This document shows positions 63,887 through 64,000 of a stretch of 64,000 nucleotides of DNA, one piece after another. Both the position numbers and the translations under genes were made by a program. The stretch lies in the NCBI GenBank assembly GCA_040220235.1, contig JAVJTO010000164.1; one strand, written 5' to 3'. The notes under the pieces were generated by a model. That model had not been told where the DNA came from. It saw only the letters and a program-made list of their open reading frames with translations, and searched no databases. The stretch's first letter is position 1. Each line of letters opens with the position of its first letter. Source of the DNA: Coleofasciculus sp. B1-GNL1-01. GTDB lineage: Bacteria > Cyanobacteriota > Cyanobacteriia > Cyanobacteriales > Coleofasciculaceae.

Positions 63887-64000
63887 TTACCAGGGTAATA
63901 CTTCCCCCTTCGCGTGCCAAAACGTACCAGAATTTTCCAAGTTGAGCTGATCAATGCGGGCTAAAAGTCCCTGAACAGCTTCCTGGGTAGGAATACCATT
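63887..64000 (-). CDS. C-terminus of an SDR-family oxidoreductase (CsgA/C-factor-like), partial
   Basis: Manual translation: NGIPTQEAVQGLLARIDQLNLENSGTFWHAKGEVLPW*. Confidence 0.8.
   Translation of the reverse strand, partial: NGIPTQEAVQGLLARIDQLNLENSGTFWHAKGEVLPW

Overview
A 64-kb window from a filamentous cyanobacterium. The evidence is abundant HIP1 octamers (GCGATCGC), 7-bp STRR tracts, GTAG-type REP palindromes, ftsH2/petH/prk and a cyanobacteriochrome chemoreceptor; a Coleofasciculus/Oscillatoriales-like host is my inference. Housekeeping and metabolic genes (ftsH2, petH, prk, asnB, an RND pump, a GH13 enzyme, NhaP, TrkA, glgA, GDPD) alternate with accessory DNA. The accessory DNA includes an IS1634 transposase, an IS701 nested inside a MITE, a split kinase-WD40 gene, a truncated PIN toxin, an AlbA_2/Schlafen-HATPase + ParA pair and a stand-alone PLD-helicase. 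An apparently complete non-autonomous IS200/605 OMEGA element (omegaRNA + HNH-less IsrB, predicted TAM ATGA(A)) sits inside a candidate asnB / double-glutaminase / methyltransferase / MFS cluster. At the right end, a TpsB-CHAT-DUF928-CHASE2 cyclase-TpsA locus is headed by a small secreted peptide ending CIRFWGRCW, my best candidate for an undescribed peptide-signalling system. All calls rest on motif recognition by eye; no database searches were run.
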